DNA from: an uncultured Pelagibacteraceae bacterium
Lineage (GTDB): Bacteria; Pseudomonadota; Alphaproteobacteria; Pelagibacterales; Pelagibacteraceae
Assembly (NCBI GenBank): GCA_902532195.1
Contig: CACAHE010000001.1
Span: 48,521-112,520, forward strand
Reading direction: 5' to 3'
Length of the DNA: 64,000 nt
The notes beneath the pieces were generated by a model. The model worked only from the letters and a program-made list of their open reading frames with translations, was not told the origin of the DNA and made no database searches. Positions within the stretch are counted from its first letter, which is position 1. Every line of letters starts with the position of its first letter. A program made the position numbers and the translations under genes. Below are positions 37,041 to 47,106 of this stretch, one piece after another.

Positions 37041-38056
37041 TGATTAAAACTGATGCATTAATAATTGGGGCAGGACCAACAGGCTTGTTTACCGCACATC
37101 AACTAAAATTAATTGGATTAAATTGCGAAGTTGTAGACAATTTAGATAAAATTGGAGGACAATGTATTGAATTATACCCTGACAAACCAATTTACGACAT
37201 TCCTGCTATTCCAGAATGTACTGGCGAAGAATTAACTAATAATTTAATTGAACAATTAAAACCCTTTAATATTAAATTTCATTTAAATCAGAGAGTAGAT
37301 GAAGTAAAAAAAAATAATAATTATTGGGAAGTCAAAACAAATAAAGGTCTAGAATTCGAGGCGCCGAATATTATTATTGCAGGTGGCGTTGGATCATTTG
37401 AACCAAGGAAATTTCCAATTAAAGAATGTGAAAAATATGAAAATATATCCTTATTTTACTCAGTAAAAGATAAGTCTATATTTAAGGGAAAAACAGTTTC
37501 AATTTTTGGAGGGGGAGATAGTGCATTAGATTGGGCAATAGAACTTTCTAAAAACTCAAGTATAAATTTAATTCATAGAAGAGAAGAGTTTAGAGGTGTT
37601 CCATCTAGTGTAGAAAAAGTTTTAGAATTATCAAAAAAAGGTAAAATTAACTTATTCACAAATTATCAAATGAAATCTGTAAAAGGATCCAAAAATTTAG
37701 ATAGTATTGAAATTATTCACGACGATAATAATATAAAAAACTTAAAAACAGACTATATTTTAGGTTTTTTTGGCTTGATTATGCAGCTTGGCCCAATAGC
37801 AAATTGGGGATTAAATTTAAATAAAAAAACAATAGAAGTAGACACTGAAAAATTTGAAACAAACCAAAAAGGAATTTATGCAGTAGGAGATATATGCAAC
37901 TACCCTGGAAAATTAAAACTAATATTGTCAGGATTTCATGAAGGAGCACTAGCAGCTAGAGCATGTTTTAAATTAGCTAGACCGGATGAAACATATAGAT
38001 TTGAATTTACTACTTCTTCGAAATCAATTAAAAAAAGATTAGGTGTAAAAGAGTGA
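37040..38056 (+). CDS. Thioredoxin-reductase-like ferredoxin--NADP reductase
   Basis: IIGAGPTG, GGQC..LYPDKPIYDIP, GGGDSALDW, YPGKLKLIL.GF. Confidence 0.88.
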   Translation: MIKTDALIIGAGPTGLFTAHQLKLIGLNCEVVDNLDKIGGQCIELYPDKPIYDIPAIPECTGEELTNNLIEQLKPFNIKFHLNQRVDEVKKNNNYWEVKTNKGLEFEAPNIIIAGGVGSFEPRKFPIKECEKYENISLFYSVKDKSIFKGKTVSIFGGGDSALDWAIELSKNSSINLIHRREEFRGVPSSVEKVLELSKKGKINLFTNYQMKSVKGSKNLDSIEIIHDDNNIKNLKTDYILGFFGLIMQLGPIANWGLNLNKKTIEVDTEKFETNQKGIYAVGDICNYPGKLKLILSGFHEGALAARACFKLARPDETYRFEFTTSSKSIKKRLGVKE

Positions 38057-38682
38057 TTGAATTATTTACTGCAGATACTCCAAATGGAAAAAAAATTGGA
38101 ATCATGCTTGAAGAGATTCAATATGATTATAAAGTTACAAAAGTTAATATTTACAAAGATGAACAGTTTAAACCTGAATTTAGAAAAATAAGCCCTTTTA
38201 GTAAAATACCAGTAATTATTGATCACGATAATAACAAAGAAGCTATTTTTGAGTCAGGTGTAATTCTAATGTACCTAGGTGAAAAAAGTAATCAGTTTTA
38301 TGAAAAAACAGAAAGATTAAAAATTAATCAATGGTTGATGGCTCAGATGGCTTACGTAGGTCCTTTAATTGGTCAACATCATCAGTTTCATCATTACAAT
38401 CCTGGTAAGAGTGAATTTGGAGAACAGAGATATTTTAAAATAACAAAAAGTATTTATGCCGATTTGGATGAGAGACTGTCACATTCAAATTTTCTTGCTG
38501 GAGAAAATTATACAATAGCAGATATTGCAACTTGGCCGTGGATTGCTAGGCATGAATGGCACGATGTTGGTTTAAAAAATTATAAAAATCTTACTCGGTG
38601 GTACCTTGAAGTTTCACAAAGAAAAGCAGTTATAAAAGGTTATGATTTTATGAAAAGAGGAGAGAGAATCCCCAAGCCTTAA
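38053..38682 (+). CDS. Glutathione S-transferase (YfcG-like)
   Basis: TPNG, KIPVI, FESG, YTIADIA. Confidence 0.9.
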   Translation: MIELFTADTPNGKKIGIMLEEIQYDYKVTKVNIYKDEQFKPEFRKISPFSKIPVIIDHDNNKEAIFESGVILMYLGEKSNQFYEKTERLKINQWLMAQMAYVGPLIGQHHQFHHYNPGKSEFGEQRYFKITKSIYADLDERLSHSNFLAGENYTIADIATWPWIARHEWHDVGLKNYKNLTRWYLEVSQRKAVIKGYDFMKRGERIPKP

Positions 38683-38697
38683 ATTTCAAAAAATAAA

Positions 38698-39195
38698 TTA
38701 TTTTTTAAAATTAATTTTAAATTTTAACCTTTTCTTAAATAAAAAATACAAGGTCTCAATAAGCGCGGAATAAAAAATTGTTGATAGAAGTGTATTAGAA
38801 AAAAATGGAATTGCTAAAATATAACATTTAATTAACCCATCTAAAGTATATCCATAGCCACCTACAGCCCACACTCCAAAATTTGAGATTATAAAAAAAA
38901 CTATTGCACAAGTAAAAACACCTATAAATCTTATGCTTAAACTATTTAAAAAATATTTTGAAATTAGTGCAATAATTATAATACTTCCCCACGTAAAAAA
39001 AGTGACGTTATGAAATCCGATAATTAAATCAGTAATTACAAAACTTATTAAAAGTACTGGCAAATAGTTAATACCCAATAATGCAGGTACATAAAAACTT
39101 AATGCTATTAAATTAGTGAAATTTGGGGGGTGAGGAATAAAACGGCTAACAGCAAGTAGTACAAAAATTCCAATAGATATTTTTAAATAGTCCAT
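38698..39195 (-). CDS. BtuM-like (DUF6580) cobalamin inner-membrane transporter
   Basis: SRFIPHPPNFT, SNFGVW, CYILAIPFF; directly downstream of a B12-riboswitch-controlled receptor. Confidence 0.72.
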   Translation of the reverse strand: MDYLKISIGIFVLLAVSRFIPHPPNFTNLIALSFYVPALLGINYLPVLLISFVITDLIIGFHNVTFFTWGSIIIIALISKYFLNSLSIRFIGVFTCAIVFFIISNFGVWAVGGYGYTLDGLIKCYILAIPFFSNTLLSTIFYSALIETLYFLFKKRLKFKINFKK

Positions 39196-39229
39196 CTTTT
39201 AATTATAATATACTGCTTTCTAATAACAA

Positions 39230-41083
39230 TTAATAAAACCTTCTAAATCCGAATCTAAGCTGTCTACCATCCTGACTATAAGTTGCTGGTTTTTCATATC
39301 TTTCATTTAATAAATTAGTAATGCTTACTGTAAAATTATAGTCTAACAATTTTTTCGATAAAAACATGTCAGCAATATTTGTGCTTTTTTGAAAAGTATT
39401 TGCAGACCCATCCCAGTCTAAAAATTCACCAGTATATTTATAATTTAACTTTAAATCTATTTCACCTAAAGCATCAAATAAATATTTTTTACCAAAATTA
39501 AAACCATATGATAAATCTGGCCTTCGTGATTGATGATTGTCAGTAGCAGATCTGCTTTTAGAAAAATTGCTAAATATAGTAAATAATAGATCCTTATTAT
39601 TATAAGAAATTTGGCTTTCTAATCCTTCCTGATTAATATCAGAAAATTTATTTTCATAAGCTGACCATCCTGAGTTTAATTCAATTCTGTCAAAAACCTT
39701 TGTTCTATAAGCTGTTGATGTAAATTTAAAATATTTATTTATATTGTATTCACCGTAAATTTCATTTGTTTCGCTTTTTTCAGGATTAAGATTCTCATTA
39801 CCCGTATATCCATATTGGTCAGATCCATAGAATTCATATAACGTTGGATTTCGAAGACCTGTTGAATGAGTTGCTGAAAATTTTAAATTACCAATAATTT
39901 GACTTAAATTTAGTTTGTAAGTTTCATTAGTTCCAGTTGTATTATGATCATCAATTCTTCCGTGGTAAGAAAATATTCTGTTATTATTAAATTTGTATCC
40001 AGCATTTAAAAACAATCCTAAATCGTTCATATGTCCCCTTGTAGATGCAGAATAACTACCTCTATTTTCAAAATTACCCCAATCATATTTATATTCACTG
40101 CCGTAACCAAAAGATAATTTTTCGTTAGCTGTAATTTTTCTTTCAGCTTTTGTTACTAAAGATTGGCTATAATATTCATCAAGAAAACCTCCGTTTTCAT
40201 ATTGACGGTCATATTTATGATAATGGAATATTAAATTATCTTCAAAGTTTTTGTAAACTCTCTCTATGCCAGACTGAAAGGCATACATTTTATTATCTGA
40301 TAAATATCCGATCTCATCAGTTGAATTGTTATCGTAAGCAGTTTTTGTTCTTCTTGAATATAGAGTTGATTTAAATTTTAAATTATCATTAATCCATTTA
40401 ACAACATTTAAATTTAATTGATAATTTTCTGAGCCATCATTTTCATCACCTTTAGCGATTGCGCTATCAGTCTCATTTTGTGAAAATGCACCCTTAATAT
40501 TTAAATGCCAACCATTGTTAGTAATTTTTGTGTAGTTTCCATCATAAGTGTTATTCTTAAAGTTAAAACCACTAGCAGATAAACTATTAGTATAATCTGT
40601 ATCAGTTATAAAATTTATAGCTCCAGCTATTGCGCTGGGACCAAAATGTGCTCCATTTGAACCCTTATAAATTTCTATTTGTTGAATTGTTTGAACAAAG
40701 TCTTGACCAAAGTCATGCAATCCATCCGTCACTGATTGATCATTTATCGCAATACCATTAAGCAAAACAAGCGTATGGTTAGATTCTGATCCTCTAGTAA
40801 AAATTGAAGTTTGCTGACCTTTCTGACCAGATTGAAAAATATCAAGTCCTGATACAAGTTTTAAAACATCAATGGTGTCAATTGCTCCTGAATTTAATAT
40901 ATCCTTTTTTGTTATAATTATTTTATTAATATTGTTTTGGTTGTAATAAGAACTATTCGTTGTTTTGCTAACGGTTATACAAGGCACTCCATCTTTATTG
41001 TTCCATTTACATTTTTCTAGCGCTAGAGCATTAGAGCTTTTTAAAATCAACAAACTTAAAATAAAAAAAAATATTTTTTTCAA
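39230..41083 (-). CDS. btuB: TonB-dependent vitamin B12 receptor (BtuB-like)
   Basis: Plug RGSESNHTLVLLNG, IEIYKG...GPSAIAGAIN, LNPEKS, NLLNERY, terminal aromatic; cobalamin riboswitch upstream. Confidence 0.8.
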   Translation of the reverse strand: MKKIFFFILSLLILKSSNALALEKCKWNNKDGVPCITVSKTTNSSYYNQNNINKIIITKKDILNSGAIDTIDVLKLVSGLDIFQSGQKGQQTSIFTRGSESNHTLVLLNGIAINDQSVTDGLHDFGQDFVQTIQQIEIYKGSNGAHFGPSAIAGAINFITDTDYTNSLSASGFNFKNNTYDGNYTKITNNGWHLNIKGAFSQNETDSAIAKGDENDGSENYQLNLNVVKWINDNLKFKSTLYSRRTKTAYDNNSTDEIGYLSDNKMYAFQSGIERVYKNFEDNLIFHYHKYDRQYENGGFLDEYYSQSLVTKAERKITANEKLSFGYGSEYKYDWGNFENRGSYSASTRGHMNDLGLFLNAGYKFNNNRIFSYHGRIDDHNTTGTNETYKLNLSQIIGNLKFSATHSTGLRNPTLYEFYGSDQYGYTGNENLNPEKSETNEIYGEYNINKYFKFTSTAYRTKVFDRIELNSGWSAYENKFSDINQEGLESQISYNNKDLLFTIFSNFSKSRSATDNHQSRRPDLSYGFNFGKKYLFDALGEIDLKLNYKYTGEFLDWDGSANTFQKSTNIADMFLSKKLLDYNFTVSITNLLNERYEKPATYSQDGRQLRFGFRRFY

Positions 41084-41141
41084 TTAATCTCCTTTAAAAC
41101 TTTTTATAGTTTTATTTCAATGCCGCTGCTAATTTTTCATT

Positions 41142-41262
41142 GTAGAACTAGACTTTTCCTGGCCTTCGCTCAACAGAGGACTTAGCTGGGTGGCGCTCCG
41201 ACTTTACGGTTGCAGGAACAGCCAATGAATTTCACACTGATTTCCCACCATGCATTTCAGCT
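41142..41262 (-). ncRNA. Cobalamin riboswitch (AdoCbl-variant type)
   Basis: Reverse complement GCATGGTGGGAAATCAGTGTGAAATTCATTGGCTGTTCCTGCAACCGTAAAGTCGGAGCGCCACCC...; GGGAA, GCAACCGT and AGTCGGAG B12-box; upstream of the receptor. Confidence 0.88.
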
Positions 41263-41315
41263 TAGATCTAGATATATTATTTTTAAAAATTTTAAAGTTA
41301 ATAAATACAATGAAA

Positions 41316-43295
41316 TTACTGCATTTTTGCAATTCTATCTAATTGCATATCCTCTTTTGACAAATTTTCTCCTATCAACTCTGAATTCTTTTTTACTATT
41401 GTTCTTAATGAATTTTCTATTGGTCTCTTTGAATTTAAATATCTTTCATTAGTAAATTTATATTCATTTTTAATATTTTTTGGATCTATAAAAAAGTTGT
41501 ATTTTTGCCTACCACTTTGATTTTTATATTTTTTTTCAATATCTTTATAGTTATGATCTGATATTTTTTTAAGTATAAAGATTATTAACTTTCTTGGCAA
41601 AAAAGGTGTAAAAAAAGCAATTAAAAACTTTGTTGTTACTGACAAAAATTGATAAAGATTCTGCTTTAAAGGATATTTCTTATGTAATCTTCTTTTTAAA
41701 TCATCCTTAAAAGTTCTAAATGACTCTTTAAAACATTGTTTGTAAATTTCACTAACTATTTTTGTAATTGAGGAGTTATTTTTAAGTATTTCATCTACGT
41801 AAGCTTTTTTTCCAATATATCTATAAATATACGTCCACAAAAATAGTTCTTTTCTATCAACATCGGTTTTATTTAAATAATTTAATATTCCATGGCCTTC
41901 CATTTCATCTGCTAGTCTTATTAAATAATCTTCTTCCTCATCAATTGTTTTGCCTATTATTCCAACTTGCTGGGAATATTCATACAATGGAGTTCCAGGT
42001 ATGGCTGCAGCCCAAACAGGATAACTTGTGTTCCAATCATTTCCAACTAGATATCTTAATGAAGCAGCATATTCTGCAGTTTCAATAACTGTATCTCTTG
42101 TTTCACCAGGCATTCCTACCATCATCACTTCGATAGCAGTACTTATCCCCAATTTTTTACAGTTTGAAATTGCATTATAAACTTTTTCTTTAGTTGTTTT
42201 TTTTTCCATTACCTCTAGTATTTTTTTACTTCCTGTTTCTATTCCGAATCTTATACTCATCATATTGTTTTCTTTATAAAATTTTAAACTTTCATATGTA
42301 ACACTTGATGCTCTTGCACCTTCTGCAAACCAATATATACCGTGTTTTTTAAATACTTTCGCAGACTCATAACTTTTGGGTTTATCACTCCCAAAATTTT
42401 CATCATCTATACTTAGTACCACTACATCATATTTATTTTTTAATTCTATTACTCTTTCTTCAAGAGTTTCAGCTTTAAAAGATCTGTAACCATGTGTTGC
42501 TCTTTGACAAAAAGTACATTTTGCAACACATCCTTTTGAAGTTTGTATTCTTCCAGCTCTTTTACCTACATACTTTTTAAACAAATCAATATATTCTTTT
42601 GTTCTATGAGATCTTTCTTCTGCAAGTCCTAATAAATCACCTATAGAATTAATTTCATCGAATACATCAAAAACTAATTTTCTATTTCCTCCAAATTTTT
42701 CCAGTCCATTTTCCCATGCATCATAATCAGGGAAACCCATTTTATGAGCAGGCAATTGTTCAGCGAAACCTGTAAAATTAAATTTATTATCAGAGTCTAA
42801 AAATGCTAATCCTGGAATTTCTAATAACTCATCAAATTTTGAAAAATCCCTCTTTAAATTTTTTTCAAAAAACCTTAGAAGTTTAAGAAATGGTATTTCT
42901 CCATCACCTACTACTGTAATATCCGTATGAGTTTTATTTAAAAGTATATGTGCAGATCCTGATACATTGCCTCCGACAATTATCCATGCATCAGGTAGTG
43001 TTTCTCTAATTATCTTTGATATTCTTTTTAAATGTGGGTAACAATGTGATAAAGGACCACTCAATCCAATTACATTTGGTTTAGTTTTAATTAAATTAGA
43101 AATTATTTCTTCATCAGAGTGTCTTAAATTATTAATGTCATAAATTTCACCATCGTAACCATGCTCCTGGATTGATGAGAGCACTCTTTGAATTCCCAGT
43201 GGAAATATAGGCAAAGTATTAGTCTTACCCCTAGGAACTAATGGAGGACTATATTTTATTGCTCCGTCTGGCACTGAACATAGTAAAATTTTCAT
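41316..43295 (-). CDS. B12-binding radical SAM protein
   Basis: N-terminal PLG...IGLS...IVGG...GDGE cobalamin-binding domain; SKGCVAKCTFC CxxxCxxC; GIETGS, GMPGET. Confidence 0.88.
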   Translation of the reverse strand: MKILLCSVPDGAIKYSPPLVPRGKTNTLPIFPLGIQRVLSSIQEHGYDGEIYDINNLRHSDEEIISNLIKTKPNVIGLSGPLSHCYPHLKRISKIIRETLPDAWIIVGGNVSGSAHILLNKTHTDITVVGDGEIPFLKLLRFFEKNLKRDFSKFDELLEIPGLAFLDSDNKFNFTGFAEQLPAHKMGFPDYDAWENGLEKFGGNRKLVFDVFDEINSIGDLLGLAEERSHRTKEYIDLFKKYVGKRAGRIQTSKGCVAKCTFCQRATHGYRSFKAETLEERVIELKNKYDVVVLSIDDENFGSDKPKSYESAKVFKKHGIYWFAEGARASSVTYESLKFYKENNMMSIRFGIETGSKKILEVMEKKTTKEKVYNAISNCKKLGISTAIEVMMVGMPGETRDTVIETAEYAASLRYLVGNDWNTSYPVWAAAIPGTPLYEYSQQVGIIGKTIDEEEDYLIRLADEMEGHGILNYLNKTDVDRKELFLWTYIYRYIGKKAYVDEILKNNSSITKIVSEIYKQCFKESFRTFKDDLKRRLHKKYPLKQNLYQFLSVTTKFLIAFFTPFLPRKLIIFILKKISDHNYKDIEKKYKNQSGRQKYNFFIDPKNIKNEYKFTNERYLNSKRPIENSLRTIVKKNSELIGENLSKEDMQLDRIAKMQ

Positions 43296-43371
43296 AATAA
43301 AAAACTAATTTAATTAACTTAGCAGAGAAAAATATATTTTAAACTATCGATTATGACTTAAGTAAAAAATA

Positions 43372-43788
43372 CTAATAATCTGCGTAAACTTTCTCTTCTT
43401 TTTCATGTTTTTCCTGAGCAGCAATACATAAAGTAGCCACAGGTCTTGCCATTAACCTTTTTAAACCAATTGGCTCACCTGTTTCCTCACAAAATCCATA
43501 AGTACCATTTTGTATTTTTTTAAGAGCTGAATCTATTTTTGATATTAATTTAATTTGTCTGTTAATTGCTCTTAACTCTACATTTTTTTCAGTATAAGAA
43601 CTGGCCTGATCTACAATGTCAGCAGAGGTTGTATTATCATCCAAAGAACTATTATATAATGCTTGGTTGTTATTTTTTACCAAGTCAGTTTTCCAATCTG
43701 ATAGTTTTTGTTTAAAAAATGCCAAATGTTTCGCACACATGTATTTTTCTTTATCTTTTGGAACGTAGGTTTTAGAGATTTTAACCAT
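43372..43788 (-). CDS. dksA: RNA polymerase-binding protein DksA
   Basis: DIVDQA tip, YGFCEETGEPIG..RL.ARP.A.LC. Confidence 0.92.
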   Translation of the reverse strand: MVKISKTYVPKDKEKYMCAKHLAFFKQKLSDWKTDLVKNNNQALYNSSLDDNTTSADIVDQASSYTEKNVELRAINRQIKLISKIDSALKKIQNGTYGFCEETGEPIGLKRLMARPVATLCIAAQEKHEKEEKVYADY

Positions 43789-43866
43789 ATCTAATTTTTA
43801 TCGATGGTGAATATATTCATCAATTAATTGGTGTCAAGGAACCATTATTTGTATAAATTAGTAAAA

Positions 43867-45246
43867 ATGGCTCTAAAAAAAAAGAATTTGTTAAATTTCT
43901 TTTACTTATTTGCTGCAACTCATTTAATTATATGGACTTTAGTTCCATCCATAACAAATAACAATCTACCATTAGATACTATAGAAGCCTTAGCTTGGAG
44001 CAGCAATTTAGATTGGGGCTTTAATAAGCACCCACCAATGAAGGCATTTGCGGTAGAATTTATTTATCAAATTTTTGGTCCTATGGACTGGGCTTATTAT
44101 TTACTAAGTCAAATTTTTATAATATTTACATTTTTTGTTATTTTTAAATTTACACAAGATTTTTTTAATAATAAAATTTATTGTCTTTTATCTGTACTGT
44201 TGTTAGAGGGAATTTATTTTTATAATTTTACTACTCCTGAATTTAACGTTAATATTTGTTTAATGCCTTTTTGGGCATTGTCCGTTTTTTATCTCTGGAA
44301 AGGTTTTAAAAATAATAAAATAATTGATTGGTTACTATTTGGTTTGTTTGCAGGGTTTGGATTTTTATCAAAATACTTATTTATATATTTAGGTTTAGCT
44401 GCAGATTTTTTTCTGATTTATATGATCTATAAAAAAAAAATCAATTTTAAGTGTATAATTTCATTAATTCCTTTTCTAATAGTGCTATTGCCCCATTTAA
44501 TATGGCTAACTGAGAATGACTATATAACTGTTAGATATGGACTTCACAGAACAGGCTCTGGAGAGCAAAATTTATTAGATCATATTGTCAATCCATTAAT
44601 ATTTATGGGAAAACAAATTGGAGTTTTGTTACCTTTTTTATTAATGCTCTTTTTTTTAATTAATAAGTTTAAAGTTAAATTTAAATTTCATGATAAAAAA
44701 TTATTATTTTTATTATTTATTAATTTTATTCCTGTATTTTTAGTTTTTTTCACTTCATTAGTTATGGGAGTTAAAATTAGAACAATGTGGATGTCTCCAT
44801 TTTATTTATTTTTTGGAGTATTGGCAATTTATTATTTTGAAAAAAATATTAATACTAAAAAGTTAAAAAATTTTTTCATAATATTTTTTACACTATTTAT
44901 ATTTTCTCCATTTGCATATGCATATATTTCAATTACAGAAACAGACAAAAGAACCGATTATCCGGGAAAAAGAATTGCAGAAGAGGTAAGAAAATTACGG
45001 CATCTTGATTCTATTCCAGATGTTTTATCATTTGAAAATCATGTTGGTTTTGATGAGTGGCATGCAGGAAATTTATCTTATAATTTAAAATCAAGACCAA
45101 TAGTGATATTTAATGAAGATAAATTATCGCATTACCCTCATATTTTATTAATATATGACTCACACCGCGAATGCCCCAAAACAGTTTGGCAGATGAGAGA
45201 ACACAAATTTTTTGTAGATAATAAGCAGTATATGATTTGTTATTAA
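43867..45246 (+). CDS. GT-C/family 39 membrane glycosyltransferase (ArnT-like)
   Basis: DTIEALAW...WGFNKHPP, LSKY, many TMs. Confidence 0.8.
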   Translation: MALKKKNLLNFFYLFAATHLIIWTLVPSITNNNLPLDTIEALAWSSNLDWGFNKHPPMKAFAVEFIYQIFGPMDWAYYLLSQIFIIFTFFVIFKFTQDFFNNKIYCLLSVLLLEGIYFYNFTTPEFNVNICLMPFWALSVFYLWKGFKNNKIIDWLLFGLFAGFGFLSKYLFIYLGLAADFFLIYMIYKKKINFKCIISLIPFLIVLLPHLIWLTENDYITVRYGLHRTGSGEQNLLDHIVNPLIFMGKQIGVLLPFLLMLFFLINKFKVKFKFHDKKLLFLLFINFIPVFLVFFTSLVMGVKIRTMWMSPFYLFFGVLAIYYFEKNINTKKLKNFFIIFFTLFIFSPFAYAYISITETDKRTDYPGKRIAEEVRKLRHLDSIPDVLSFENHVGFDEWHAGNLSYNLKSRPIVIFNEDKLSHYPHILLIYDSHRECPKTVWQMREHKFFVDNKQYMICY

Positions 45247-45269
45247 TAAAACTTATATATAATAGTTAA

Positions 45270-45395
45270 ATGGATAAATTTTTTAATACCAGAACAAAAA
45301 AAGTTATATTTTTTGTAATAATAATAGGCGTAATTGAACTTTCTGGACATGGAATTCTTGCCTCTTTATTTAGGTTGTTAAGTTCAACAAATTAA
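45270..45395 (+). CDS. Putative 41-aa membrane peptide (not in ORF track)
   Basis: MDKFFNTRTKKVIFFVIIIGVIELSGHGILASLFRLLSSTN; TAATG overlap with the next start. Confidence 0.55.
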   Translation: MDKFFNTRTKKVIFFVIIIGVIELSGHGILASLFRLLSSTN

Positions 45396-46264
45396 TGAAA
45401 ATCAAAATTTTAATTCCAGTCTATAATGATTGGCAGTCAGTTGCCAAACTTCTGGAAAATATAAATTTAGAGGTTCCAAAATTAGATCATGAATTTTCAG
45501 TAATTATAATTAACGATAATTCTACTGAAGCTTTTACTCAAAATTTTCAAAATATAGATAATTTTAATTCTATAAAAATTATTGATATGAAAATAAACAA
45601 AGGACACGCCAGATGTAATGCGGCGGGATTAAAATATATTTTTGAAAAAGAAGATTTTGACTATGTAATCCCAATGGATGGTGATGGAGAAGATAGGCCT
45701 GAAGAAATTTTAGAATTTATAGATAATTTAAAATATAATTTAAACAAACCAATTGTTGGAGAAAGAATAAAAAGATCAGAGGGATTTTTTTTTAAATTTT
45801 GCTACATGACTCATAAATTGATAACATATACTTTTACTGGACAATCTATAAAGTTTGGTAATTACACTTGTCTACCTAAATCAATTGTAGAAAAAATGAT
45901 TAAAGAAAAAGCTACTTGGAGTAGTTTTTCAGGGTCTCTTGCTAAAATTTCAAAAGACAGAGCAGTAATTCCTTCTATAAGGGGAAATAGATATTTTGGA
46001 CCAACAAAAATGAGTTTTAAAAATCTAATAATCCATTCTCTTTCAATTATCGCGGTATTTAAATTAAATGTATTAGTAAGATCAATTTTATTTATTTTGG
46101 TTTATATGTTTTTAATTTATCAAAACATTACAATCATTATGCTAACTCCAATTTTTTTAGTTTTTGCACTATTGGTGTCTACATTTAAAGTATCTGAGAG
46201 AGAAAATTTAGATGAACTTAATAATTCTTTGTCAAATATTTCTAATATAAATAAAATTAAATAA
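45395..46264 (+). CDS. Glycosyltransferase family 2 with C-terminal TMs
   Basis: ILIPVYN, IINDNS, N.GH, MDGDGED. Confidence 0.87.
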   Translation: MKIKILIPVYNDWQSVAKLLENINLEVPKLDHEFSVIIINDNSTEAFTQNFQNIDNFNSIKIIDMKINKGHARCNAAGLKYIFEKEDFDYVIPMDGDGEDRPEEILEFIDNLKYNLNKPIVGERIKRSEGFFFKFCYMTHKLITYTFTGQSIKFGNYTCLPKSIVEKMIKEKATWSSFSGSLAKISKDRAVIPSIRGNRYFGPTKMSFKNLIIHSLSIIAVFKLNVLVRSILFILVYMFLIYQNITIIMLTPIFLVFALLVSTFKVSERENLDELNNSLSNISNINKIK

Positions 46265-46270
46265 TAAATT

Positions 46271-47104
46271 ATGGAAATAAAATTATTATCTGGAGCTTTG
46301 GGTGCTGAAATTAAAGGCATAGACTTAAAAGATACTTCTGATGAAAATTTTAAAAAAATTAATAATTTATTATTAGAGCATAAGGTAATTTTTTTTAGAG
46401 ATCAGCCATTAACCACAGAAGAACATATTGCTCTTGGTGAAAAGTTTGGTCCTTTAGAATTACATGCATATGTCAAAGGTAAAGAAAGTCACCCAGAAAT
46501 ATTAAGAATTATTAAAGGTGTAGATGAAAAAAATCAGTGGGGTGAAAATTGGCACAGCGATGTTAGCTATAACCAAAAACCCACTAAGGCAACAATTCTT
46601 AAATCTATTAAAATTCCACCTGTTGGAGGAGATACATGTTTTTCAAATATGGAGCTTGCCTGGGAAACATTAGATGAAAATATTAAAAATAAAATAAGTA
46701 ATAAAAAAGCAATACATAGCTCTTTAGGTGCAGATTCGTTTATAGAAAAATTTAAGCAAATGAATGGAAATGAAAACAAAAAATATAAGGAGTATTCTAA
46801 CGAACATCCAATAGTTAGAACTCATCCAGAAACAGGAAAAAAAATTTTATTTGTTAATTGGACTTTTACTAAAAATATCATTGGATTGAACCAAGATGAA
46901 AGTGATAAAATTTTAAAACAAATTTTTGAACATCAAGCTAGGCTTGATTTAACCTGTAGATTTACATGGACTGAAAATGCAGTTGCGATATGGGATAATA
47001 GAAGCGTAATACATTATGCAATTTCTGATTTTTATCCTGGGAGAGGTCTAGGCCATGAAAGGATTATGGAAAGAGTTGCAGTAGAAGGTGATCAACCATT
47101 TTAG
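46271..47104 (+). CDS. TauD/TfdA-family 2-oxoglutarate dioxygenase
   Basis: WHSDVS, GGDT.F, HPIVRTHPETG, WDNR...H. Confidence 0.9.
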   Translation: MEIKLLSGALGAEIKGIDLKDTSDENFKKINNLLLEHKVIFFRDQPLTTEEHIALGEKFGPLELHAYVKGKESHPEILRIIKGVDEKNQWGENWHSDVSYNQKPTKATILKSIKIPPVGGDTCFSNMELAWETLDENIKNKISNKKAIHSSLGADSFIEKFKQMNGNENKKYKEYSNEHPIVRTHPETGKKILFVNWTFTKNIIGLNQDESDKILKQIFEHQARLDLTCRFTWTENAVAIWDNRSVIHYAISDFYPGRGLGHERIMERVAVEGDQPF

Positions 47105-47106
47105 AT

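Noticed and set aside
41210-41452. 80-aa plus-strand ORF
   Set aside because: Antisense to the cobalamin riboswitch and the end of the radical SAM gene
43808-43819. Palindrome TGAATATATTCA between dksA and the GT-C gene
   Set aside because: Short, AT-rich and seen once; not enough to call an operator
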